A stretch of DNA of 55,227 nt, taken from assembly GCA_031458695.1 (NCBI GenBank), contig JAVKJW010000012.1:15346-70572 (forward strand). The letters are read 5' to 3'. The position numbers and the translations under genes are program-made. A model generated the notes under the pieces. It saw nothing but the letters and a program-made list of their open reading frames with translations, was not told the DNA's origin and did not search any database. Shown in pieces: positions 1-8,646 of the stretch. Positions within the stretch are counted from its first letter, which is position 1. Each line of letters opens with the position of its first letter. This DNA comes from Candidatus Thermofontivivens primus. Its GTDB lineage: Bacteria; Sysuimicrobiota; Sysuimicrobiia; Sysuimicrobiales; Thermofontiviventaceae.

Positions 1-71
1 GCCAATCCATAGGCGAAGAGGCTGATCCCAAGTAGTGCAACGATGAAGGTAAGTACATAGGGTGTTCTCAT
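1..71 (-). CDS. N-terminal fragment of an exported or membrane protein (runs off the window edge)
   Basis: Minus-strand ATG at 71 preceded by GGGAGG; reads MRTPYVLTFIVALLGISLFAYGL, a hydrophobic signal-like N-terminus. Not in the ORF track because it is truncated. Confidence 0.6.
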   Translation of the reverse strand, partial: MRTPYVLTFIVALLGISLFAYGL

Positions 72-335
72 AGGATTTTCCTCCCTTCGAACGAGTGAGG
101 CTGCTTATGCCCCCTTCGAGGAAAACTTCCCTCGGCAGGATCGCGTTCTTTAAGCACCCTCCCCAATGGCATGGCTATAAGCAGGGTACGGAATAGCCCT
201 CCTTGGCTATTGTAGGCCACGGATTTTCCGAAAGGGTATCCGTTTGGACGTTGATCTTCTTCTCCAGCGTCCGCAGTAAAAAGAGGTGGGAACATATGCA
301 AGGGATATCAGGTATAGAATGGATATGGTGGGATT

Positions 336-371
336 CTGGGAGGGGCAGGGGTGAGGCCCTGCCCCTCCCAG
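336..371 (-). terminator. GC-rich 15-bp hairpin after the penta-heme cytochrome gene (terminator or REP-like)
   Basis: CTGGGAGGGGCAGGG-gtgagg-CCCTGCCCCTCCCAG, 14 nt after the stop at 386. No U-tract, so termination is uncertain. Confidence 0.5.
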
Positions 372-385
372 CCACTTATCCCTCC

Positions 386-1519
386 TTACTTCTGAAGCAC
401 TTCCAGGGTCCGAAGGAGGACCGCCCGGGCGAAGGACGGGTTGTGAACCCCAAAGCTGTCGTCCCCCTCGATGAGCCAGTAGTTCCAGCCCGCCCGCACG
501 ATCACGTCGCTCGTGGGGAAGACAGGCTTGCCAGCTGCGTCCTTCACGTCCCCAAGCTGGCTGTAGAGCTCGCGGCCGTCCCGGAGGACGAACTTCAGAC
601 CCTGCTGCCCGTGGATCTCTTCCAGCTCCACCTTGACGATATCCGCTCCTCGGACAGCGAAGTTGGGCGTGTACTGGTCTGTCTTGGGATCCCAGGCACG
701 GATCGTGGCGATCTTCTCCTTGGCGGCCAACACCCTCCGGGCGATGGCCTCTTCTACCTCATGGAGAAGAGCCCTGATGGGTTTCTGCACAGCATCGGCG
801 GTGAAGTTCGGCCCATGGCAGTTGGTGCAGACGGTCCTCTGCGCCTTGAAAGTATGGCTCTCCGGGTTCAGCTTCACATGGCAGGTGACACAGGCATCCC
901 CAGTGAAGGCTGCGTGGGGGGAGGCCTTCATCTCTTCGTAGTTCAGGAAGTAAGCGTTCTTGGACATGATCACGTCCGCCTGGGAGGCTGTATGGGGGGC
1001 CGTCCACCGCTTGGGATCGGGGTCGTTCCAGCCGATCTTCCCGTTGCGCGTGTTGTGGCAGGTCATGCAGAGGGCGCCTTCACCCACTCCCTCCGCCTTG
1101 AACCCGGCCGGGAGCAGCGGTGTGCTGCCCGTGATCCGCAAAGTGAAGTCCGGGTTGTGGCAGGTCGTGCACGTCTGCGGTTGCACGGTGAACTTGTTCA
1201 GCCCCAGCATGGAGAGGTACCCGACGGTGGCTGGCGTTCCACCGGGCCCCTGGATGAGACCGGGATCCCCCTTCTGGAGCTGGGGAAGCCAGGCAAGGAA
1301 ACCCTGTCCCGCGTGACACCGGCCACAGTGCGCGGCAGTCGCCTGCCTTTGCTCCACCGTCGCCTCTTCGAGGGCCAGTTGCCTGTTCGCGTGGCCGGAT
1401 TTCCGCCACTGGGCCCACTTGTCTGTAGACGCTGCACTGGCAGCGAGGTAGCTACTCAGAAGGACGATGAGGAACACGGAGAGGAGGATCACTCCTTCTC
1501 GAAGGGTGAGCCGTTTCAT
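386..1519 (-). CDS. Secreted penta-heme c-type cytochrome (NrfA/OcwA-like superfamily)
   Basis: Signal peptide MKRLTLREGVILL after a GGAGG RBS; five CxxCH motifs (CGRCH, CTTCH, CMTCH, CVTCH, CTNCH); C-terminal helical region ending AGWNYWLIEGDDSFGVHNP. Confidence 0.88.
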   Translation of the reverse strand: MKRLTLREGVILLSVFLIVLLSSYLAASAASTDKWAQWRKSGHANRQLALEEATVEQRQATAAHCGRCHAGQGFLAWLPQLQKGDPGLIQGPGGTPATVGYLSMLGLNKFTVQPQTCTTCHNPDFTLRITGSTPLLPAGFKAEGVGEGALCMTCHNTRNGKIGWNDPDPKRWTAPHTASQADVIMSKNAYFLNYEEMKASPHAAFTGDACVTCHVKLNPESHTFKAQRTVCTNCHGPNFTADAVQKPIRALLHEVEEAIARRVLAAKEKIATIRAWDPKTDQYTPNFAVRGADIVKVELEEIHGQQGLKFVLRDGRELYSQLGDVKDAAGKPVFPTSDVIVRAGWNYWLIEGDDSFGVHNPSFARAVLLRTLEVLQK

Positions 1520-1591
1520 CTGTACTATCCCTCCTTTCGCATTGTTTTCATTTGAGATGGATACCTTCATTACGCTCTTCCTGCGAACGCT

Positions 1592-1984
1592 TCACGGTTT
1601 CGATGTGGGATCCCCTGGGAGCGTCCCGGCCTTGATCTCGTCGATGTTCTTCACGCCGTCCTTGTCGGAGTCCAGGGGCTCGATTGCTTTCAGGGCGGCG
1701 GTGATGTCCTTGGTCTTCTCGAGTTGTTTCTTGAGGTCTGCCCCGTAGGGATTCAGCTTCTTCAGGTCCTTCATCTCCGCATGGCACACAAGGCACCCGG
1801 CTTTAGCCAGGGCAGAGCCTTCCTTGGGCGCGTAGAGTTCCTTAAAGGCGTTCCCTTGGTCCGGCTTGGCCATTGCCTGGCCGTAGGTAAAGACGAGGAT
1901 CCCCACCACCATCAAGGCCAGGACTGGGAGAAAACCCCTCGTTCGGCTGAGGTGGTTCTTCCTTGCGCACGGGGTCTGCCTCAT
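1592..1984 (-). CDS. Small secreted mono-heme cytochrome c with a DxDxDG calcium-binding-type motif
   Basis: AGGAGG RBS; ATG overlaps the upstream stop (ATGA); signal peptide; CLVCH; C-terminal DSDKDGVKNIDEI. Confidence 0.8.
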   Translation of the reverse strand: MRQTPCARKNHLSRTRGFLPVLALMVVGILVFTYGQAMAKPDQGNAFKELYAPKEGSALAKAGCLVCHAEMKDLKKLNPYGADLKKQLEKTKDITAALKAIEPLDSDKDGVKNIDEIKAGTLPGDPTSKP

Positions 1985-3180
1985 CGTTCTCCCTCCTTTC
2001 TGGGATTGTGCGACATACCTGAACGCGCATTTCTGCTGAGCGCGAGGAGCTCTGCCTTCCACTGTGCCCGGAGGGTTCGGTACTCCTCCTCCGGGAGTTC
2101 CCCGGCTTCGAACCGATCATCGAGTTCGGCGATCTCCCGCAGGAGGGCCAGGCGCTTCTCTTCAGCCCACATGGGGGCTTTCTCCGCCTGGGGCCGGCGT
2201 TTGATCAGCGGGTAAACCAGGACGGCGCTGAGGATGGCCAGAGCCAGGGCGAATGCGAGCGCGCGGAAGGATCGCGTCTTTGTGGGAAGCCCTTCTATGG
2301 CGATCGTGATCCGCTCACCCGATGCGAGCCTCGTTCCCGAGTAGCGCAAGTATCTTCCAGAGGAAGTTTCCAGGACCCCCTTTTCGGCGAGCTGAGCGGA
2401 TTGCACCGTCACGCCGATGTCGGGGACGAGGAATTCCAGGGTATCCGTGGGTGTGTCGAGGGGCCGCTCAAATGAGACACGGGAAGTGGTGAAGGGGAGC
2501 ACGTATCCGTAGGCGATCTGTCTCGTCCCTGGTTTGACGTCCATGGTATCGATCAGGACGTTTCCCTTCGAGATGACGCAGCACTCCATGAGCCCGTCCA
2601 GGTACTGGACATCCCTTGCTCCTCCGGGGAGGGAGAAACGCAAGGTCTCCCGCCTGCCATCAGGAAGGGTCGTGGCACCGATGTAGGTGCGGTCAGTCCG
2701 ATTCACCAGCACCACCAGCTCCACGATCTGAAGGGCTCCCTCTTGGACGTCTACAATGATGTGGTGCATCCCGGCACGGACCACGGAAGGATCGGTTGTG
2801 GGTTCATAGACCACCATTTCCACCGTTTTGACCGTTTCACTCCCCTGGAGAGTGAACCGTGGGCTCTCGTAGTCCCCTTCTTTGTACTTCACCTGCAGGA
2901 CGTAGGACCGTCCTGGGCCGGTGGGGAGGCCTCGAAAAGCGAAGCGTCCCGCGGTGTCCGTGGTGGTCGTCTTCTTCTGCTCTTCAGCTTCGTTGACATA
3001 GGACGTGAGGGTGACGGGGACATTGGCCACGGGCCTGACCCCTCCGGTCCGGTTCACGACCTTCCCCTGGATTGTCCCCGTTGCCGCTTCCACAGGGAGG
3101 GCCAGGGCGGTAAGAAGGAGAGAGGCCGCAATCATGCCGAGAAAATTCAGGCCCCTGTGCCCGTCCTTAATCGTCTTCAT
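1981..3180 (-). CDS. Ccm-associated exported protein: carboxypeptidase-regulatory-like beta domain, C-terminal TM helix and short helical tail
   Basis: Signal peptide; GTIQGKVVNRT..PVANVPVTL..TDTAGRFAFRGL pattern; TM segment; tail LLREIAELDDRFEAGELPEEEYRTLR; overlaps both neighbours by 4 nt. Confidence 0.72.
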   Translation of the reverse strand: MKTIKDGHRGLNFLGMIAASLLLTALALPVEAATGTIQGKVVNRTGGVRPVANVPVTLTSYVNEAEEQKKTTTTDTAGRFAFRGLPTGPGRSYVLQVKYKEGDYESPRFTLQGSETVKTVEMVVYEPTTDPSVVRAGMHHIIVDVQEGALQIVELVVLVNRTDRTYIGATTLPDGRRETLRFSLPGGARDVQYLDGLMECCVISKGNVLIDTMDVKPGTRQIAYGYVLPFTTSRVSFERPLDTPTDTLEFLVPDIGVTVQSAQLAEKGVLETSSGRYLRYSGTRLASGERITIAIEGLPTKTRSFRALAFALALAILSAVLVYPLIKRRPQAEKAPMWAEEKRLALLREIAELDDRFEAGELPEEEYRTLRAQWKAELLALSRNARSGMSHNPRKEGER

Positions 3181-3602
3181 CCTTTCGCCACCGCCCTCCC
3201 GCAGTGGGGGCAGAACCGCGCACCAGAAGGAAGCGTCTCGCCACATCCCTCGCAAGTGGCCTCCCTCTGACGCCTGCGGAAAGCCTGGATCTCCTCCTCT
3301 ACAGCATCTTCCAAGCTTACGCCCTTCCCCCCAGCATCCAGGGCCCGTAGGATCGTTACGGCCTTTGCTTCATACCGGGCGCGAAGATCCTGGTAATCCT
3401 CGGCCGAGAGCTTTCCCGTCTGGTAGTCGAACTCCAGCTCCTTGATGGCTGCAAGCGTTGCCTCCTTCTCCCGGAGGAGAGCGTCAAGGGGACTTTCCTG
3501 TATGTATTTTGACGCGCGCGGGCGCGGAGATGCCGTCACAATTGGCCAGGCGATGTAGACCCCAACAAGGACGATGAGCGCAAGCGTCACCAGGAGCTCC
3601 AT
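3177..3602 (-). CDS. CcmI/CycH-like N-terminal domain protein with C-terminal zinc ribbon
   Basis: N-terminal TM; LAAIKELEFDYQTGKLSAEDYQDLRARYE; CEGCG..FCPHCG; directly follows ccmH. Confidence 0.72.
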   Translation of the reverse strand: MELLVTLALIVLVGVYIAWPIVTASPRPRASKYIQESPLDALLREKEATLAAIKELEFDYQTGKLSAEDYQDLRARYEAKAVTILRALDAGGKGVSLEDAVEEEIQAFRRRQREATCEGCGETLPSGARFCPHCGRAVAKG

Positions 3603-3606
3603 GGCT

Positions 3607-4080
3607 CTAGTCTTGTAACCTCCTGAGCTCTTCCTCCAGCCTTTTCCGCTCCTCCGGGGAGAGAAGATCCCATACCCCCTCAGCTGTAGGTTGCACCACC
3701 CTGCGTCGGACGGCCCAGGACCAGGCGAGCAGCACCAGCAATCCAGCCCCCGCGATGAGGGTTGCGAACGGAGTGACCCACGCCACGAGGTTAAACCCAC
3801 GCTTGGTGGGCGCGGCTAGGACGCGCTCCCCGTACTGTGCGACGAAAGCGGCGATGATCTCCGGCTTCGTTTTTCCAGCTGCGATCATGGAGGCGATGGC
3901 CGTGGTCATCTGGTCGCGGGGGCCGCACTCCCCGTGGGCGCAATTGGCCAGGGTGAGGCCACACCCGCACTGGCAGATGAATTCCCCAGCGACCTCACCC
4001 ACCGTGAGGGCATGCGCGATCTCTCCGCCGAACAAGAAGGTAATCGCCACGATCCCGGCGATCATCCACGTCCGCTTCAT
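3607..4080 (-). CDS. ccmH: Cytochrome c biogenesis protein CcmH/NrfF
   Basis: FICQCGCG..LANC..EC variant of the LRCxxC motif; GKTKPEIIAAFVAQYGERVLAAP; C-terminal TM; follows ccmF. Start could be up to 4107. Confidence 0.85.
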   Translation of the reverse strand: MKRTWMIAGIVAITFLFGGEIAHALTVGEVAGEFICQCGCGLTLANCAHGECGPRDQMTTAIASMIAAGKTKPEIIAAFVAQYGERVLAAPTKRGFNLVAWVTPFATLIAGAGLLVLLAWSWAVRRRVVQPTAEGVWDLLSPEERKRLEEELRRLQD

Positions 4081-4103
4081 GGGAATGTACCGTGCCACGC
4101 CTT

Positions 4104-4130
4104 CCACTCCGAACTCCCTTACTCCGTACT
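4104..4130 (-). repeat. Degenerate AGTnnGG short tandem repeat between ccmF and ccmH
   Basis: Minus strand reads AGTACGG AGTAAGGG AGTTCGG AGTGG. Confidence 0.45.
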
Positions 4131-4135
4131 AGTTT

Positions 4136-6106
4136 TTACTCCACCACGTACCTCGCTCCCGGGCGTCTCCCCTCCCGCCGGTCAGGCCAGAAGGCGATGA
4201 TCGTGCCGATGGCCAACAGGACTCCGCCGACCCACATCCACATCATCAGAGGGTTGATGATCACCTTGAAGCTCGCCGCGCCATCCTCGCTGAATCCCGC
4301 AAGGATCACGTAGAGATCCTCCTTCCAGGTCGAACGGATGGCCACCTCGGTCATAGGTTGACCCTCATGGCCTCGGTGAACGTTCTTCTGAGGAAGGAGC
4401 ATCCCCACGGGTTTTCCGGAGTTATAAACTGTGAGCCGGGCAGCGTTCACCAGGGCGCTCCGCGTGGGGTATTGGGAGAGCCCTTCGTAGCGCAGAGTGT
4501 ACTGTTTGATCTGCATTGTCTGCCCGGGTTTGAGAATCGCCTCCTTCTCCACAGAGAACGCCGATCCGGCCATCCCCATGAATAGGAGGATCACTCCGAG
4601 GTGCACGATGTACCCACCGTAGCGTCTCCTGTTGCGCAGGATGAGCCGAACGACCGCGAGCGGGTAACTCTCCCTCCCCTGGCGTGCCCGCACCTTTGCC
4701 CCCCGGTGGAACTCCTGGAGGATGGTGGCGGTGACGAATAGGCCCAGGGTGAAGGCCAGCAACGCCACAGGCTGGCGGAGGCCTAAGAGTGCCAGGACTG
4801 CGCCTCCCGCAAGGGCAAATAACCCAGGGCCGAGGAAGTTCTTTGCTAAATTCTCCAAGGACGCCTTGCGCCAAGCCAGCAAGGGGCAGAGGCCCATGAT
4901 AAGGAGGAGCGCCAGCCCAATGGGCACGTTCACTTGGTTAAAGTACGGGGGGCCCACGGAGATCTTTACCCCCCGGACAGCCTCGGAGACGAGGGGGAAG
5001 ATGGTGCCCAGGAACACGGAGAACGCCGCGCCTACCAGGATCAGGTTGTTGAACAGGAAGCTGCTCTCCCGGGAGATCAGGGAATCCAGCTCGTGGGGGC
5101 TCTTCAGGGCATCCAGCCGCATGACCAATAGCCAGAACGAGAACAAGAGCACGATGGCGATGAAGGCGAAAAACAGCGGTCCCAGGGAGGAGAGGGCGAA
5201 GGAGTGCACCGAGGAGAGGACGCCGCTTCGGGTGAGGAAGGTCCCGAAGATGGACAGAGCAAAGGTGAGGATGATCAGGACCATGTTCCAGACCTTGAGC
5301 ATCCCCCGCTTCTCTTGGATCATCACCGAATGAAGGAAGGCTGTGCCCGTGAGCCAAGGCATGAGGCTGGCGTTCTCTACGGGATCCCATGCCCAGAACC
5401 CGCCCCAGCCAAGCTCCACGTATGCCCACTGCATCCCAAACAGGATCCCGAGCGTCAGGAAGAACCAGGCGAACAGGGTCCACCGCCGTGTCGCCCGGAT
5501 CCACCGCTCATCCAAATGCCCGGTGACCAGGGCGGCGATGGCAAAGGCATAAGGGACGGTGAAGCCCACGTAGCCAAGGTACAGGGTCGGTGGATGGAAG
5601 AACATCCCTGGATTTTGGAGGAGGGGGTTGAGCCCCTGTCCGTCAGCCGGACGGAAGGGAAGCAGCTCGAAGGGGCTGCTGGCAAACGAGAGCAGGAAGA
5701 GGAAAAAGGCGGAGGTAGCCATCATGACCGCCATCGCGTAGGGCATGAGATCCGAGAGCCATTCCCTGTTGATCCGCACGCTGATGGTCGCAAATGCGGA
5801 GAGCAGCCATGTCCAGAAGAGCAAGGATCCCGCCTGGCCTGCCCAGAGAGCCGAGACCGTGTACCAGAAGGAGAGGTCCCTGCTGGTATAGGAGGCGACG
5901 TAGGTGTTGCGGAAATCCCGGGTCAAGAGGGCGTACAGGAGGGCGGCCGTGGCGAGGGATAGGAGGAAGAAGTTGGCCACCACAGCGTTCTCGCCACTCT
6001 GAACCAGCTCCTCCCGCCCAGTGCGTGCCCCTACCAGAGGGGCCGCGACCCCATAGAGGGAAACAGAAAAAGCAATGAGCAGAGCCGTGTTCCCGAGCTC
6101 GTTCAT
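4136..6106 (-). CDS. ccmF: Heme lyase CcmF/NrfE
   Basis: WAGQAGSLL, GLNPLLQ..HPP, tryptophan-rich WAYVELGWGGFWAWDPVENASLMPWL and RSGVLSSVHSF motifs; many TM helices; 656 aa. Confidence 0.96.
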   Translation of the reverse strand: MNELGNTALLIAFSVSLYGVAAPLVGARTGREELVQSGENAVVANFFLLSLATAALLYALLTRDFRNTYVASYTSRDLSFWYTVSALWAGQAGSLLFWTWLLSAFATISVRINREWLSDLMPYAMAVMMATSAFFLFLLSFASSPFELLPFRPADGQGLNPLLQNPGMFFHPPTLYLGYVGFTVPYAFAIAALVTGHLDERWIRATRRWTLFAWFFLTLGILFGMQWAYVELGWGGFWAWDPVENASLMPWLTGTAFLHSVMIQEKRGMLKVWNMVLIILTFALSIFGTFLTRSGVLSSVHSFALSSLGPLFFAFIAIVLLFSFWLLVMRLDALKSPHELDSLISRESSFLFNNLILVGAAFSVFLGTIFPLVSEAVRGVKISVGPPYFNQVNVPIGLALLLIMGLCPLLAWRKASLENLAKNFLGPGLFALAGGAVLALLGLRQPVALLAFTLGLFVTATILQEFHRGAKVRARQGRESYPLAVVRLILRNRRRYGGYIVHLGVILLFMGMAGSAFSVEKEAILKPGQTMQIKQYTLRYEGLSQYPTRSALVNAARLTVYNSGKPVGMLLPQKNVHRGHEGQPMTEVAIRSTWKEDLYVILAGFSEDGAASFKVIINPLMMWMWVGGVLLAIGTIIAFWPDRREGRRPGARYVVE

Positions 6107-6502
6107 CGCGTTCTCACCCTGTGAAGACTTACCGCCTCCCCCAGGGAGGATTCACCGGCCCTGCTGGGATACTTATTCGGTACCCCGTGGTGATCCCGTT
6201 CATCCCTTGGAGGAAGAGTTTTCGCTTCAGGCGAATAAGGGAAGCGGATCACACCTTTTCTCCCCAAGTCCCCTCATGGGCAAAGGAGGGAGACAGAGCC
6301 GGAGGGTCCAATCGCAGATGCAAGGGGCGATGGTAGGATGGGAATTGCACTTGAAGTCCTCCGGCTCCGTCTTTCCCCTCCATGGCAAGTGTATCGGGGA
6401 GGGGGTTGCTTTGCTATCCGGTAAGGGCTGTATTCTCGATCAGGCCCAAGCCTTAGTGTGGTACAAATCATTCCGGCATGAGATGCCGGGGGAGGGGGGA
6501 GT

Positions 6503-7711
6503 ATGCGAAAGACTCTGCTCATTGCGCTGGCTGTAGTTCTCGCTGGGAGTCTCGCATCGACTGCGTTTCCTGCCCCTGCTGAGCCGCTTCGGATTGGGAT
6601 CATCACCTCCCTCACAGGGCGGTTCGCTACCTTTGGGAAGATGCAGATGGCCGGTTATCAAGTCGCCCTTGAGGAGATCAACCGTGCTGGGGGGATCAAG
6701 GGCCGTCCTGTCGAGTTGCTCATTGAGGACGATGCCAGCACCGTCCCAGCAGCATTGAGCGCGGCAGAGAGACTGATTGCGAAGGGCGTTCCCATCATCT
6801 TGGGGACTTACTCCAGCGGGATCAGCAAGCCCCTGGCAGGATATATGGACCGCCAGAGGAGGGTGTTGTTGGTCTCCGGGAGTGCTGACGACAGCATCAC
6901 CAGGCCCGGATCTGAGTGGGTGTTCCGAGCTAAGAGCGTGTCCAGTACCTATGCCAGCACCCTTTTTGACCTGTTCCAGTTCCTCCGTGAACAGTATCCT
7001 TCCATCCCCCTTAATACCGTGGCGATCCTACACGGCACGGGTGCGTTTGAAACCTCCGTCGCAGATGCGGCGGTGGTCTACGCCAAGGCACGGAAGTACC
7101 AGATCGTTACCCGCGAGGCGTACGACAGGGGTCTCACTGATTTCCGGCCCATCCTCAATCGGATCCGGGGGTTCAACCCGGATATTCTGTTCATGGTTTC
7201 CTATGAGGAAGACGCTGTGGCGATCATGCGGCAGGCCAAGGAGGTGAATATCAACCCCAAGATCTTTGCCGGTGCTGCGGCAGGGTTTGCCATCGAGCCC
7301 TTCATCAAGGGCGCTGGGGATGCTGCCGAGTGGGTGTTCAGCGCGACCTCTTGGACCCCGGATGTGAAGTATCCTGGGGCACGACAGCTTTACGAGAAGC
7401 TCAAGAAAGCGGCCGGGATGGAGCCCTCCTATCACGCCGCAGAGGCTTATATGGCTCTGATCGTCGCAGCTGATGCGCTGCGCCGTGCGAAGAGCCTGAG
7501 CCAGGAGGATGTTCGGGATGCCCTCAAGGCAACGAAACTCATGACGCCTGTAGGACCTGTGGAGTTCAAGGATTTCCTTGGGTTCAAGAACCAGAACCCC
7601 ATTCCCATGGTGGTTGAGCAAGTACAGGGAGGGAAGTTCGTGACGGTCTTCCCGGCGAGCATCGCCCCGGGGAAGCCCAAGTACCCGACCCCGCCATGGG
7701 ATAAGCGCTAA
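6503..7711 (+). CDS. livK: Branched-chain amino acid (HAAT family) ABC transporter substrate-binding protein
   Basis: Signal peptide; LRIGIITSLTG; INRAGGIKGRPVELLIEDDAS; first gene of a livHMGF-like operon. Confidence 0.88.
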   Translation: MRKTLLIALAVVLAGSLASTAFPAPAEPLRIGIITSLTGRFATFGKMQMAGYQVALEEINRAGGIKGRPVELLIEDDASTVPAALSAAERLIAKGVPIILGTYSSGISKPLAGYMDRQRRVLLVSGSADDSITRPGSEWVFRAKSVSSTYASTLFDLFQFLREQYPSIPLNTVAILHGTGAFETSVADAAVVYAKARKYQIVTREAYDRGLTDFRPILNRIRGFNPDILFMVSYEEDAVAIMRQAKEVNINPKIFAGAAAGFAIEPFIKGAGDAAEWVFSATSWTPDVKYPGARQLYEKLKKAAGMEPSYHAAEAYMALIVAADALRRAKSLSQEDVRDALKATKLMTPVGPVEFKDFLGFKNQNPIPMVVEQVQGGKFVTVFPASIAPGKPKYPTPPWDKR

Positions 7712-7742
7712 AGGAGAGCTCTCTGAGGAAGAGCGACCTCTC

Positions 7743-8609
7743 ATGACGACATTTCTCCAGGTCTTCATGACCGGAATCTTGACAGGAGGGGTCTACGCCC
7801 TTGTGGGCATTGGCCTGAGTCTGATCTTCGGCGTGATGCGCATTGTCAACTTCGCCCACGGGGAATTCGTGGCCCTCGGGATGTACACCTCCCTCCTCCT
7901 CTTCCAGTCCATGGGCATCGATCCCTACTTGGCGCTCCCCTTGATCATTGTCGGGGGCATCCTCCTGGGGGCCCTGGTGGAGAGGGTGTTCATCGCTCCC
8001 ATTATCGCGGCTCCTGAGCACGTCTCCATCCTGATGACAGTGGGGGTTGGGCTGGTGATCAGCAACCTCCTCCTGTTCGGGTTTGGCGCTCATCCCCAGA
8101 GCATCTTTACATGGTACTCGACGAAGACGGTGCGCGTCGGCGGAGTAACCTTCAGCGGACCCCTGAGCGTTTCTTTCCTGATCACCCTGGCAGTGATCCT
8201 CGGGCTTTACTGGGTGCTCACGCGCACGGAGATCGGGCGGGCCATGCGGGCGACTGCGCAAAACAGGGACGCTGCGGAGCTCCAAGGGATCAACACAGCG
8301 GTAGCCCGTATGCTCGCCTTTGGGATCGGCGTTGCCCTGGCCGCGGTAAGCGGGACCCTGCTCCTTCCGGTGCTCTATGTGATCCCCACGATCGGCGGGG
8401 TCTTTACCCTGAAGGCGTTCGTGGTCACGGTACTGGGAGGAATGGGGAACGTCCTGGGCGCCATTGGCGGAGGGCTGATCCTTGGGGTGACAGAATCCCT
8501 GGGCGCCGCCTACATTTCCAGCGGCTACCGGGATGCCTTCGGCCTCATTGCTTTCCTGGCGGTGCTGTTGCTGCGGCCCGCGGGCTTGTTTGGGAAGAGC
8601 AGGGTCTGA
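7743..8609 (+). CDS. livH: HAAT ABC transporter permease LivH
   Basis: GGVYALVGIGLSLIFGVMRIVNFAHGEF; GRAMRATAQNRDAAELQGIN; VLGGMGN; LRPAGLFG. Confidence 0.93.
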   Translation: MTTFLQVFMTGILTGGVYALVGIGLSLIFGVMRIVNFAHGEFVALGMYTSLLLFQSMGIDPYLALPLIIVGGILLGALVERVFIAPIIAAPEHVSILMTVGVGLVISNLLLFGFGAHPQSIFTWYSTKTVRVGGVTFSGPLSVSFLITLAVILGLYWVLTRTEIGRAMRATAQNRDAAELQGINTAVARMLAFGIGVALAAVSGTLLLPVLYVIPTIGGVFTLKAFVVTVLGGMGNVLGAIGGGLILGVTESLGAAYISSGYRDAFGLIAFLAVLLLRPAGLFGKSRV

Positions 8610-8646
8610 ACAGCGATGATGCGCGGAGGGAGAGGGGACTCCAAAC

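Noticed and set aside
203..1555. 450-aa plus-strand ORF
   Set aside because: Antisense shadow of the penta-heme cytochrome; no motifs.
6107..6502. ccmE or another ccm gene upstream of ccmF
   Set aside because: No minus-strand frame with CcmE motifs; looks like a divergent regulatory region.
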